Shown here: in pieces, positions 13,384 to 26,189 of the stretch | Layout of the letters: each line of letters opens with the position of its first letter | Position numbering within the stretch: the stretch's first letter is position 1 | Assembly (NCBI GenBank): GCA_976551045.1 | Contig: CDPCPM010000052.1 | Location: forward strand, 4,154,001-4,218,000 | Source: Glaucostegus cemiculus | Taxonomy: Eukaryota | Direction: 5' to 3' | DNA length: 64,000 nt | Notes under the pieces: model-generated | What the model saw: the letters and a program-made list of their open reading frames with translations, nothing else | The model's database searches: none | Told to the model about the DNA's origin: nothing | Position numbers and translations under genes: made by a program

Positions 13384-13597
13384 TGGTCACGTAAAATATC
13401 ACCATCCTGATTGGGGTAGAAGGCAAGTTTGAAAATGCGGTTCATGACACTACGCTCAATTGCCATCTGTGCATCCTGGAGCTGTTCCTCACTGGCGTTC
13501 TGCCAGATAACGTCTTGTGCCATAGCTCCATACAACGACTGCAAGAATTCTTCTACCAAAGCCGTTTTGTCATCTGCTGCAGTGAGATTCTGAAAGT
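13384..13597 (-). CDS. GAPVD1: GAPVD1 exon (214 nt, 1/2): DFQNLTAADDKTALVEEFLQSLYGAMAQDVIWQNASEEQLQDAQMAIERSVMNRIFKLAFYPNQDGDILRDQ
   Basis: gtgcag|AC, GACCA|gtaagt; helical bundle region preceding VPS9. Confidence 0.97.
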
Positions 13598-14544
13598 CTG
13601 CACAAATAATGAGGCTAAATCAAGTAGTGCACAAATAGTTTCTTTTTAAAGAACTTGGGCAGTAGCATCTCTCTTAGTTCCCTCTTCCAAAAGTGCTGGC
13701 TTTGAGGGAATATCATTTAGCAGGCAGTCAGTGACTGCCCTCTAGTGCCTCACCTGCAAGCTGTAGCAGTGAGTTTTGGCAGGCTATTTTCCATGGAGAC
13801 CATCACAGTCTAGCCAGATTCTGTTTTCGCCCACTGCCAACAAACTTCTCAGTATGGGTTAATGGATAGCAATCAAGAGCAAGAACAACAACTTGTATTT
13901 ATATAGTGGCTGTAATGTCCCAAGGCAGTTCACAGAAGCTTCAAACAGAATGTTGGCTAATCTTTTTCCTAACTAGCCCGGTAACACTAGGAGACAACAC
14001 TGTGCCCCAACTGCTTCACAAACCAAAAATTAGCCAGCACACTATGGGTGCTTCTGATCTATTTGGCTTGATGCTACAGGGGAAGAGGACTTTACTCCAC
14101 AAAGGCCAGGCCATCAGAGGAAGCTCCAGTTTAAATACTTCAAAAATGTTCAGAGACTTACACGCTGAAAGATAAAACATTTTCAACTTGAACCCATCTA
14201 CTCCAAGTTAAGGGTTTTAACTTTCTTTGGTGGTATTTTGCATTGCAATTTCAAGCACAATCATTAAAAATTGAAATTATTTCCATTTATTAGAGATATG
14301 CATTTTGTCTGCATAGTGAAGTCCCTACCACACAAAATCCATTCATCACACAATTACAGAAATTGAGAATTACAGAAAATCCTAGGTTACTTTGTAATCA
14401 ACTACAATTAATCACATTTAGCAAAATGCTGTACATTAAACATTATTGAGGCTGATTTTATTATTGTATTCTTTAAAATTGCGGAGGTTCATAGAATAAG
14501 GAATGTTGCAATCTGCCACCATTAGAAAAGAGGGATAGTTATCA

Positions 14545-14925
14545 AAACGCAGAAACAAGGTGGTGGTGCTGGAATATGGAGCACAAAACTGGTTGCTGGA
14601 GGAATTCTGAGTCATGCAGCACCTGCAGAGGGAAATGGGTAGTCGACATTTCGGTTGAGACCCTTCATCTGGTTTGAAAGGGTAGAGGGGCGACAAGTCA
14701 GTATAAAGAAGTGGGGGGGGGGGTGAAGGAGAGGGAGGCAAGAACTGGCAGATGATAAGTGGATCTGGTTGAAGAAGGGTTGATTGCCAGATGGAGCCAG
14801 TTGGGGGAGGGAGGGTGGAGACAGTGTCAGAGGCTGGGAGATGATTCATGGAGACAAAAGGGCTGCAGATTATGGAATCTGATAAAGGAAGCGAAGAGTA
14901 GAATCAAATAGGGGAGGGATGGCAG
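14545..14925 (-). mobile_element. Penelope-like element 3' UTR/pLTR fragment
   Basis: Minus-strand CAGATGAAGGGTCTCAACCGAAATGTCGACT motif plus purine/pyrimidine-skewed body shared with 41975-42440. Confidence 0.72.
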
Positions 14926-15903
14926 GAACATGTAATTTAAATATTTTTTTTAGGAATTCAGACTACTACTCTGAAATAGTTGTGGGGAATAAATACATAA
15001 CAGATATTGTCACTGTTGAGTGTCTAACTGGGGAGGGGGTGGAGAATAGCTCTATGTCCTGTTAGATTTGTACAATATACCCCTTACACTGAGTCTGATC
15101 AGTAATGACCAGAGCACAGGTCGACTCGAGATCACAGTTGAGTTTCATATTTTAGAACAAATTAACCCAAGCCCAGTCCTCTCACATTTTTTTTCATGTG
15201 GAAGGCAAACAACAATGTGAGAGCCAGCAATTTATCTCAATCTTTTGCTTAATCAGCAAGGTGTCTGCAGATATCTTGTACATTACTGCTCAATTCCTTC
15301 CTTAAATACATTTGCAAGTCACTGCCACAGAACAATGATCAAAATGAATGTGAAGAATTTGTGTAAATGCATTTTTGAAATTAAAAACTAACTGGCAAAG
15401 ACCAGCTGAACCAAATAATGGCGGTTGGAATATTATGACCAACCGCTTAATTATCCCACAGTCCCACCCTCTTCCAACAGCCATGTAATCCCCTGGGAGA
15501 CTGCCACCTTTTCCTTTACCTTTCCATGCTGGGAAATGACATTGTGGGCACCAGTCATCCTCCACAGAGGCTATTCCTTGATAATCAATAGCCAACTCAC
15601 CTGGTTTCCACACATACCAAAGAGAGATCGTTAGACTGAATGGGAAAATGTTCACTTCCTTTCATGAACAAAGGATGCCGAGGACAACAAACCCATTGGC
15701 CATGACTGAAATCAGCCATTCAGTATAGTTATTGGAACTCTGAATGGGTTCAGCTATTAACTGAATAGATTCACTTTACCAGAGGAAATACAACCTACTT
15801 AAAATGTTATATTTTGAATTTGAGCTCTGTAATAATTCAAAAAAGATTTACATGCAACATAACAAAAGGATTGGTAGTAGTCAATTGAATAGAATCAAGT
15901 TAC

Positions 15904-16091
15904 CTTTAATAAATTCCAGAATATGCTTCTCCCTACTTTCAAGCAATAGTCTCACACAAACTGTCGTGAAATATCTGTTGGCAACTTCTTTATCTCTCAG
16001 CACCCTCTGCAAGAGCCTTTCAAGGTGGGCTTGTGTAGTCTGGAGCCCCTGACGACATCGTGTCAAATAAGCAATATATGGAGCTCGTTTT
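15904..16091 (-). CDS. GAPVD1: GAPVD1 exon (188 nt, 2/1): KRAPYIAYLTRCRQGLQTTQAHLERLLQRVLRDKEVANRYFTTVCVRLLLESREKHILEFIK
   Basis: tttaag|AAAA, AAAG|gtaact; lies within ORF 15881..16123. Confidence 0.97.
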
Positions 16092-16611
16092 CTTAAATAA
16101 AGAGAAAGAAAATTAGTGTGCATTTAATGTGAATTAACACAACCACAATTCAATGGAAAACTACGCTGTAACTCACAATAGAAGATGCAGCAAGCTGAAA
16201 AATACAGCTGCAAGGAAAAGCTGGCAAGATATCCCAGAACCAAGAACTATAATGGGTTTGAGTGTTGAGTGATTATAACTTACTGCTCATGGTCAATGGG
16301 AAACAATAAAGCTAGTATGTTAGTATTTTAAACCACAAATCATCACTATGCCTGTTTGTATGAAGATGATAATTTTTTTAAAACATTTCTTTCTGTCCTT
16401 AGTGGGTAAAATAGTACACGAATTCTTTTCTGCAACAGAGTTTGTACTGGGATAAATGCTGTTGATGATACAGGGGTAACTCATGGCTTTCCTTCCCCAA
16501 AATAAGGCAACACCTTTGGCATTTACGTGAATAGGCCAACAAGACTTATTTAAGTCCCATCCATGCTAATGTTTAAATTATTTACCAAATAGCACAGTGA
16601 ATACATTCTAC

Positions 16612-16771
16612 CTATAGTCCTCAGCAATGGCAGCAAGCAACTTGCGACAGGTCCTGTTATCAAATCTGCTAACGCAGCGCATGGTTTCCTGAATCTGTGC
16701 CATCAAGTGCTTATCCTGCAAATTGATGGCTTCAGCCAGCTGAACTTTGAGAAAACAGACAATCTCATTAT
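16612..16771 (-). CDS. GAPVD1: GAPVD1 exon (160 nt, 1/2): DNEIVCFLKVQLAEAINLQDKHLMAQIQETMRCVSRFDNRTCRKLLAAIAEDYR
   Basis: tttttag|AT, TATAG|gtagaa; lies within ORF 16608..16841. Confidence 0.97.
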
Positions 16772-16824
16772 CTAAAAAGTAAAGAGAAAACCAAGAGATT
16801 AGTCTTGGAGTTATCACAGAGTCA

Positions 16825-17075
16825 ATACAGCAGAAGCGCAAGAAAACAGGAATAGGTCACATGGCCCCTCAAGCCTGCCCCACCATCCAATACAGACTGA
16901 TCTGCCCCAGCTCTCAACTCCTCTTCTGTCCCAGATCTGCAGAGTCCTCAATTCCCCCAATCTTTCAAAAATTGATCTCCTTTTTAAATACCTCCAGTGA
17001 TCAAACCTCTAAACCCTCAGGGTAGAAAATTCCTGAGACTCAACACCATTTGCAAGAAGAAATCCTGACCCACCT
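16825..17075 (-). mobile_element. CR1-type LINE 3' end fragment
   Basis: caggaataggtcacatggcccctcaagcctgccccaccatccaat tail; ggtagaaaattcc and aagaagaaatcc CR1 C-terminal relics. Confidence 0.7.
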
Positions 17076-17154
17076 GCTCATGGAATCAACTAGACATGGA
17101 CCTCCCATGTTCCTGTATGTTTCAGTAATATCATCCTCCTTCACTTATACATCA

Positions 17155-17470
17155 AAGAACATAGGTCTTGGCCCAGCAAGTCTACACAGACCACCGAGCA
17201 CCCAATTAATCTCCTTTTATTTTCCCCACATCCCCCTCAAATCCCCCCAGATTCTAACACTCACAAATACACTAGCAAAAAATTTACAGTGGCTAATTAA
17301 CTACCAACCTGGAAATTTTTGGGATGTTGGCGGAAACCAGAGCACCTAGACAAAACCCACATGGTCAGAGGGAGAACATGCAAACTCCACATTGACAGCA
17401 CCAGAGGACAGGATTGAACCGGGTGGCTACATCTGTGAAGCAGCGACTCTACCAGCTGTGTCACCTCGTT
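17155..17470 (-). mobile_element. tRNA-derived HE1/V-SINE-like SINE
   Basis: Minus strand gtgacacagctggtagag (A box), ggttcaatcc (B box), V-domain-like gtggagtttgcatgttctccct...gtgggtttt...ggtgctctggtttcc...catcccaaa. Confidence 0.8.
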
Positions 17471-17813
17471 TGACTGACACGTAAAACAAGAAACAACTGA
17501 GCAATCTAAGAATCCAATGACAGTCTTGAGCATTTCAGAAGCCACAGAGGAATATACAGAATAGAAACAAAATACTGGTAGAACAATGACTCCTTCTGTG
17601 CAGTTCTAAGGGAGATTCCCTGCCCAACCCAAACAGAGCAAAAAAAAATATTTGTTTCCTAACAGCAGAGCCAGAAAGCATTTTGGTATGAAAAGTGAAA
17701 TTGAATAGTTACCCTTAAAAAGGAAATGACTGAATTCAGAATGTCCATGCATTGCTGCCAAATAGAGGATTATTTAGGACTACATACCACAAATTATTTT
17801 AAATAGTTTTTAC

Positions 17814-17935
17814 CCTCAGATTCTCCTTGATCTGGTCCTCCAGGAGGGCCATTTCTTGTTGCTGAATGGCTCACCAAAGGGAAGGCAATTGAGTCAGCTG
17901 AACACAGAGCCATTCGCAATTTCTTCTTTGCATCC
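17814..17935 (-). CDS. GAPVD1: GAPVD1 exon (122 nt, 2/1): DAKKKLRMALCSADSIAFPLVSHSATRNGPPGGPDQGESE
   Basis: aattag|GGAT, GAGG|gtaaaa; conserved DAKKKLRxALCSADS. Confidence 0.95.
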
Positions 17936-18365
17936 CTAATTGGTAGAATAAAATGCCAGTTTTAGATTAGTGGCAATTAAGCAAAATAGAAACAACTTCA
18001 ACAGTACACTTCTTAAAGCTCTGGGGTCCCTTCCAGTTTTAGCTTGTTAATTCCATTAAATATGCCACTAACAATAAATGACTGCCAAATTTAAATCTTT
18101 TTCCCCAAAACCGGGAGAGATGTACATGATAAAGGACTGAGAAGCAACAAGGCAAAACAAAGTGGATTTGCTCTCCCTACCAAGTTCCTCATGTTACAGA
18201 CAGGGAGTATCAGAGGTGACAGAGACAGGAAAAGGTAAATTGTTTCTTTCTATATAGGAAGTGATAACAAAGGATGGAGCAACTCTGGAGATTAGCACTG
18301 AACAACAAAACAGACTCATTATCCTAACAGCCATAACTTTTGCTACAGACCAAAAAGGGTGCTAC

Positions 18366-18492
18366 CTAAAGGAGAATGTAGAGTCTTGAGTCTGGGCAGT
18401 CTGACTGGCCGAGTCTGGCAGATCATCCGCTGAAAGGTTCTGAAGAGTTTCATCACGTGGTGAGTCATGCACGCTATCATCTCCGATAACCT
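18366..18492 (-). CDS. GAPVD1: GAPVD1 exon (127 nt, 1/2): EVIGDDSVHDSPRDETLQNLSADDLPDSASQTAQTQDSTFSFR
   Basis: gtccag|AG, TTTAG|gtagca. Confidence 0.94.
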
Positions 18493-19626
18493 CTGGACAG
18501 ATGCAAATATCCCACGTTATTACTGGAAATCATCACTTTTAGTAAAGAGTGACGGCAGCTCTGAACAATAACCAACCAATACAAATCGGTCTGATACATA
18601 ACAAACACACTCAATAGCATGTGTGTTGATTTAACAGGAATAGTTTGGGCCTGGAGCTCCAAATAACCATGCAAGGCTGTCGTACAAAGTGAACTGAAGT
18701 TCAACAGACCATGGGCAATGAAAGGATTGCTTGGAAAGCACCACCTTAAAAATCACATTTTCTTCCCTCTGTCCACCAAAAACATTTGACCCCCTTGTGT
18801 GGGACAACTTCATGGTCAACCATGCATTCTTTATATAACAGCCTTGATAATGAAAGTTAGAATGTTAGGTCCCCATGAGGAATTCACAACCGAGTTTGAT
18901 CCTATTTTCATTCAGTGTCAACACTCGTACACACTTTTGGCAGGAGTTGCTGGGTAGCAATAAATGGCAACAACTCAAACTTTTCATCTCTTTCCCAAAC
19001 GTATGGCACTGCATCATTCCCACTGTTACACAAGCTGTGACCAGCAAATAACTTAGGTCAACAGAAACAACACTCTTCTGTAAGATTCAATTACTCTGTC
19101 CTAACCAGCTAAACCCAAGGAGAGTTGGCAACATTTTAGTTTATTTTATTCTTTAAAATATGCTACCATCTTCCAACATTTTGCATACACCTTCAACTTC
19201 TTATTAAAACAGAATAGAAAATAGTTTGCATTGTGGTAATGCAAATTCCATAGGAGTTAAATAGCTAATTCTGTCACTTTGTTATCAAACTTTCTTCCTA
19301 TTTCTGTTTTCAGGTTATTCCAAGTTAGCAGTGTGCTCTAGTAACATCAAACTAAAGCTAGCCACAAGAAGTTAATGGGATACATTTCAATATGGACTGA
19401 TCCTTTGGAGGTTCCTAGATAGCTGTAGTCTCCTCACAAAGTGATATTACAACCAATTTTTTTTCCGGTACACACTGACAGCTCAATGAGCCAACTATTA
19501 CATGAACCATACATCTGTGCTGCCATTTTGTCTCCTGCTCATACAAGATCACACATCATCACTTCAGTAACAACAGATAAGGTCAAGTAACTTTTCTGGA
19601 CTAAAGTGAACAGTAATACGACCTAC

Positions 19627-19746
19627 CTGTAACTTCTTCATTTGCAACTGCTTCACTAGGACTGGACCGTTTGATAGCACTTCTGTATTTATCCAGAATA
19701 TCCTCAGCAGCCTGGGCTTGTGCATTCAACCTGGGAATTGGTTCAT
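19627..19746 (-). CDS. GAPVD1: GAPVD1 exon (120 nt, 1/1): DEPIPRLNAQAQAAEDILDKYRSAIKRSSPSEAVANEEVT
   Basis: gttgccag|AT, ACAG|gtaggt; conserved AEDILDKYR. Confidence 0.95.
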
Positions 19747-21549
19747 CTGGCAACACACAGAATCAGTATGAACAAACATTTCTGGCTAATCTTTAAAGAT
19801 AAATACTTACAGATGATCTTTTTTCTTCAAAATTGATATCAGTGTTACACATTTATTACTTCTTAAAAGGTCTTAACCTTTGTTGGTGTGCTGTTATTTC
19901 TCTTTTTATAAAAGGATCAGTGCATATTTATGACAACACCTTGCTGAAAATATTATAAACTGTTAAACTGAACATTTTTACTGCTCTGAAATGATTTTAA
20001 GCAGATTAAATACAGAAATTTCAATTAAAATATGAAAGTAACACAATTCCATCATAATCAAAACAAGCATCTTATTACTCTGCAGAGTGATCAGTACAGA
20101 TCTTCATTAGTCATGTATTGCTAATGCCTGTACCATGAGGCAATTAAAGATAGGTTGAGAATGTTTGCCCTTTGTCACCAAACCACTTATGGATTAGATC
20201 CAAATTGTTAGATTTAATGCATTAACTCTTGAGATTGTTCATAATCTTTAAAAAAAAATAAACATACTAAATGATCACCTGTGACTTTGCTCACAGGTAA
20301 CCCCAGGGCAAAGCTGGAAAACAATGCTGCATGCACAGAAATTGAGAAAACATGCGAACTACACATGCACAAATGTGATCAGCAAAAACATTAGACACAG
20401 AAAAACAGCTTCACTAACTCAAAGCATAGCTCAAACACCAAAGCACCAGGAACAGAGCAGAAAGCAAGCAAGTGTACATGAAGGAAAAACCTGTACGAAA
20501 TGGAGATTTGTTACAGGTACTGGAAAATGAAATGAGTAAGATGTGTGATTAGTTTTGTTCCAGAAATGAAGTTAGTGGTGGAATTCTGGGGGAAAATCAA
20601 TAAACTCATTAAGTTCCTCAAATTACTTTTTCTGTCAAGGATTTCAATAACTCCATGCACAAACTTGGGATGCTTCTTAATGAATGAAAATTTGTATTTT
20701 TTAGGACAGGACTTAAAAATGCTTGTGACATAATGAATTTAAAAAATGCTTGTGACTGGTTGCCTTTCAGTTAATGTAAATTTCCCACTCTGCAGACACA
20801 TGGAGGCACAATTTAAGTATATAGAGGCAAGATATCATATACTAAGGAAAAGCTAGCTATATGATTCAATGTTCAACATGCACCTCAACTTTCTCCTCTG
20901 CTACTGCCTGCCCTATTTGTCCACTTATTCATAATCTATAACAAGAATCTGTTGATGGCAGCCAAGTACATATCAAATATATCCCGCACTTACGGAAGAG
21001 TATTTAGTGTTTCCATAACCATGTGTGGGAAGTGTTCCCCAATTTCAGAGCTCAGTGGCAGAGCTATAATATTTGTTTTTCATTTTTTTTGAATGATACA
21101 GCTGACAGTAATTGTCTGAATACAGAGGTCCAAGATGGCAGCAAATGATCATCTTCCTGACATGCTCACGGCAGCAGATAAAACCAAATAGATTGCCAGG
21201 TGATTTCAAATGGCAATTAAGAGCAAGAAATGACGGCATGGAAATTGAGTCACAAGTCAAAAGAAGAAAGGGAGTTCTCTTTCCTTAACAAACCTGAAAG
21301 AATTTTATAGACAACACAGTTCCCAAGGTCGTTTTACTGATACCAGCCTTTGCTTCCTGCTATATAAACAAAAATACCCAATTCAACTTTCCAAGTAACC
21401 AAAGCAGGATTTGAATACATGTTCTGTGGACTAATTGTGTTCAGCAACAACTCCTTGAGATAAACACTCACATATTGAAGTCTGGGTACCTTCATTCTGG
21501 ATTTTTGAGCCAGAGGAAATAACTGATCTGCATGACCAAGTTTTGAGGT

Positions 21550-22265
21550 ACAAGGTAAATGGCAGGATTCTGGACAGTGTAGAGGAGCAGAGGGATCTGG
21601 TGGTTCATATCCACAGATCACTGAAAGTTGCCTCGCATGTAGTTAAGAAAGCTTATGGGACATTAGCTTTCATAAATTGGGGGATTAAGTTTAAGAGCCG
21701 CTAAGTGATGATGCAGTTTTACAAAACTCTGATTAGACCACACAGAGTACTGTATCCAGTTCTGGTTGCCTCATTATATGAAGGATATGGAGGCACTGAG
21801 GAGATTTACCAGGATACTGCCTGGACTAGAGAGTATGGGTTATGAGGAGAGACTAAAGGAGCTAGGGCTGTTCTCATTGAAGAGGAGGATGAGGGGAGAC
21901 ATGATAGAGGTATACAAGATATTGAGAGGAATAGATAGAGTGGACAGCCAGCACCTCTTTCCCAGGGTGCCAATGCTCAAAACAAGAGCACATGGCTTTA
22001 AGGTATTGTCTGGGAAGTTCAAGGGTCGGAGGGAGCTTTTTCGCCCAGAGAGTGGTTGGTGCATGGAATGCGCTGCCTAGGGTGGTGGTGGAGGCTGATA
22101 TTGGACAGGTTCAAGAGATTGTTAGATAAGCACATGGAGGAATTTAAGATAGAGGGATACGTGGGAGGATAGGGTTAGATAGTCATAGGTGTGGTTTGAA
22201 GGGCGGCACAACATGGTGGGCTGAAGGGCCTGTATTGTGCTGTATTGTTCTATGCACTGTTCTTA
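21550..22265 (+). mobile_element. CR1 LINE, 5'-truncated, RT C-terminus and 3' tail
   Basis: ORF 21766..22080 YEERLKELGLFSLKRRMRGDMIEVYKILRGIDRVD; tail gggctgaagggcctgtattgtgctgtattgttctatg. Confidence 0.92.
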
Positions 22266-25200
22266 CGTATTCCAGTGTAAAGTTTTGCTTGATAGCACCC
22301 ATGAAGCAGCTTGGGGCATTTGCATGTAAAATGTGTGATACAACAATAGCCATGACTTTTTTAATATCTTCCCTTATCCAAACTTTAGTTATCTCAATTA
22401 ATTGACTCCTCAATCTTATAAATTCAACAGAGAGCATCTTGTGTGTACTTCTTCATTCACTTGTCTACTTTCCTTAGCCAGAACCAAAAACAGACTGGAA
22501 TTCTGTGGACAGATATTCAGCCTTTAGTCATCCATTGATCAAATATCTCTCTTCCTTAAGTCCCACTATATTCATTAGGTTTGTAAAAATTGATCGTTGG
22601 AAAGGTGCCTTTATGGACTGTTCTATCTTAATTTGTTAGAGAACCCTCAAGAGCCAAGCAATATGCAATAAAATGAAACACTAATTTTAAATACCCGAAT
22701 CCTAAAAAGTTTTTAATAAAAGTGCAATAATTTTCCTTCAACCCAAAGTGATGCATTCTACCATATTATTTCTAAAGCAGTAACTTACTTAATAGCATTC
22801 ATATTTTGTCCAGGATATCCTTTATGATCTTTAACTTTCAATCTTGAACTACAAATGAGAACATTAAGTCCAATTCTTCACCCCTACAATAATCAATTTC
22901 ATTTAACTTTTCAGACAAGAAAATTAAATTCAACTAATTTAATACCTTTTAACTTAAAACAAATTTAAACTTCAAATGAGTATTTTTCCTGTTAAGCCAC
23001 ACTAACATTGGTTTTCTTAAATTCTTTCACCATTGATAGAATGAGATTTCAATATACAGATAGCATTATTTTATTAAAGACCTTAATTATATTTTAGTAT
23101 TCATAAAATTCATACTTCTGACTTCTGGTTATTCTTATTTCAACGCTCTTAAGAACCACACTAAAATTAACCAGCAACAAGCAGCAAATGTAACTGCTAT
23201 ACAGTGAGTGGGTTTGTTTTACAGAAATTTTTATATGCTCTGAAGACATTTTAAGCCATTTTTTGATGGGGAGGGAGGAAATCACAAAATTGAGTTATTT
23301 GTCACTTCCTTAAAATTTCAGATACACATAAAAACAGTGATCTTATGTTCAAACTTCCAAGTCTCTAATCCTTTTACATACCATTTCAATTATATGGGCG
23401 ATCATCCACGGTGATTTTGTGGTAATGAGATACCACCAGGAGTCCAACTAACATCATCTTTAATCCACCATTCAGCTGTTGTTCCAGCTTATTGGCAAGA
23501 TCAGCTGATTTAGTGGCTCCATGTTTCCAGATGCAACAGGAAGGGTGGGTGTACATATGCAATATCAGCTAGTACAGAACAACCCCACTTCATTTGATCA
23601 GTACAACACAGCTAAATGAATAGGCCCAGTTATTTTTTTTTAAGTAGACAGTCCCACAGCATGACTTCTATGGCTGTCATTGTCAGGATAACAGCACTGG
23701 CCTCAGTGTGACCAGTGATACTGTAGGTGACGGTAGGGGAGTTATTTTTGGCAAGTTCTCTTGTCCAGCAGCAGGAACACCACACAAATGACTTCAGGAG
23801 CTTTAAGCTGACAAATCCGCGAATCCCGTTTCACTCTCATGGTTCACAATCATCTACCCAGGGGATCACTTATGGAGGTTGACTGAGGTTCCACAAATGT
23901 TGTTTCTCTCTCTTGTTGAAAAACAGCAAACTTACAACAAAAATCAATAACTTTACTTTTTTTTTGAAAAAACCTTCAGCATCTCCTTTGTCATTCCCTC
24001 TCTGTAAAGCTTTCAACTATGTTGTTAAAACATTTTACTCACTTAAACCCATGTAACTTTCCACAAGCCACATTAAAAAGATCCTGTCACCGGACTTCCG
24101 CTGAACAGAAGACATATACCTAACAACCTCCAAGTTTGTCCAGGGTAAATATGGACACTGGGAATCTTCAGCGTCGTTTGCAGAACAACAACAACTAAAT
24201 ACAGACCAATCACGTTCAAGCAATACAGAATAGTGTGCAGAGAAAGACTGAGGGAAGTAGAGAAAATAGAAGACCAGAAGAGGGAAAAAATGTGGTAAAA
24301 CACAGATTCAGGCAAGCCAATATTCAGTGCAAGATTTTGAACACTTCTAATTCAAATCTTCTGGTCAAAATAAAGCCCAAATCAATTATGCCTCTTCAAT
24401 GATTACATTTTATCAAATACAAGTGTATCAGTGCTACCCACAATGACCAAGAAACTAATCTCTAGGTCCCAGTCAAAGTCTGAAGCAGGAGGTTGCTTCA
24501 TTTCATTTGTTTTGAGAAGAGCGTGGGCAAAGAACAGAGAGAAACAAGTGACTGAGATGTACAGAAATTCACTACACCTGTGCCTAATTCATGAGTGTGT
24601 AATAGGATGACTCCAGGTGCAAATAACACCAAAACAGCAATATTGGACAGATACAGAATTTTAACAGAGAAAAGCACTGCAAGGTGCTGCATATCAGAGC
24701 AATCAGGCCAAAATATTTTAAATTCATTACAACCTTTATCAGATAACTATGGAAACAGCTCTCCTCACATTCCCTTATTACATATTTTCCAATAAATACA
24801 GTGAGCATTCTTTAAGATTTCCCCTCCATGAAAATAAGAAACTCCAACACTACATCAAAATACCGTTAGCTGGCCTAATACCCCTCACTCAAAGATCCAT
24901 TTATTTTTGAGTTAAGTATCTTTCATTTTCCAATTTATCCTACATTTTCAGTACAGAGTTTTACAACATGTTTCACGTTCCTTTTAGGTAGATCGTCACT
25001 GATGCTCATGACAGGTTATTTGCTCACACTTGCGTGAATGAGCTGCAGAATGAAATCATTATTTTTAGCAGTCACAACACTATCTACTGTTCTTTGGCCA
25101 GAAACCATCCTATGAAACAGTGACCTTCATATATATTGAAACTTGTCCAGTATTTGATCATATCGATCAGTGTAAAATGCTTTCCTGAAATCAAGGTACA

Positions 25201-26189
25201 CAATGTTTAATTTCTTGCCCTCATCCATTAATTGCAAATTCCTTAAAGAAAATCAATAAATTGCTTGGGAACAGACTGAAACCACCTCAAGCTGATTCTT
25301 TCTTCTACTGCACTTTTAACCTATTTCCTCTCAACTTGGATAAGAAGGTGCAGGTCTATAGTTTCAGACTGACACAAGTGCTAACAATAGGACTAACACT
25401 TGTTCTGGTGTAGGACACGAGGCCAGTGAGCTCTGGAAAATGTTGAAGGGAAACACCAGTAAATTCCTTGATAACCATAGTAGAGGGCTGAAGCCTCATT
25501 GTACTCATGTTACTGCATTGTCCTCAATGCATCCTGCCACAAGAATTAAGATTCAGAGGCTACTGTCATCATTTACCATTTACTTCATCAGCTACAGCTC
25601 GTGACAGAGACCGAGTACCTTCGCTACTTTTCTATTCTTGGTCACTGCGGTTATCATTTCTCTGGAACCCATTTAATTCAATGTCACTACACATATGGTG
25701 AAAACTACAAAACGCTGTTTCCTCTACTGGAAATACAATTGCTGTTCATGACTACAACATTCAGCTCACATGTGAATGATGGAAATGGTGTGAGAAAACC
25801 AACACAATTGTACTCCTTACTGGAGTCAAATGTGCAGGTACATCTTGGAGGAAAACAAAACCAAAATACATTCCCACTACTGAAAGAAAAATTAATATCA
25901 TAAATGTACAATAATTTTGAATGTGTCTATGCTTCGAATCATTTCTGCCATAATCTAAATCCCAACTCTGCCTTTTGTTTAACTATATTTCCATGCTATT
26001 ATAGTTTTATTTTCATTGTTAGAACTACCCCAGACATCCCTCTCATTTAAACATAAAATTCTGTGACTATCTGCTTACAAAGTGGTATAACTACAATTAA
26101 TTCTGTGTAACCTTTTCTAATTATAAAAAAGGCCAAGTATTTATTGACACCAGTCCAGATTCTTCAATGAAGTGTGTTGGGCTGAAAAT

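Noticed and set aside
15120-15130. GTCGACTCGAG (overlapping SalI and XhoI sites) suggesting vector contamination
   Set aside because: Only 11 nt, with no other polylinker or vector sequence; compatible with chance.
18493-18570. Upstream alternative acceptor (tattgttcag) that could extend the 18366-18492 exon
   Set aside because: The extension contains an in-frame TAA, so it cannot encode a coding insert.
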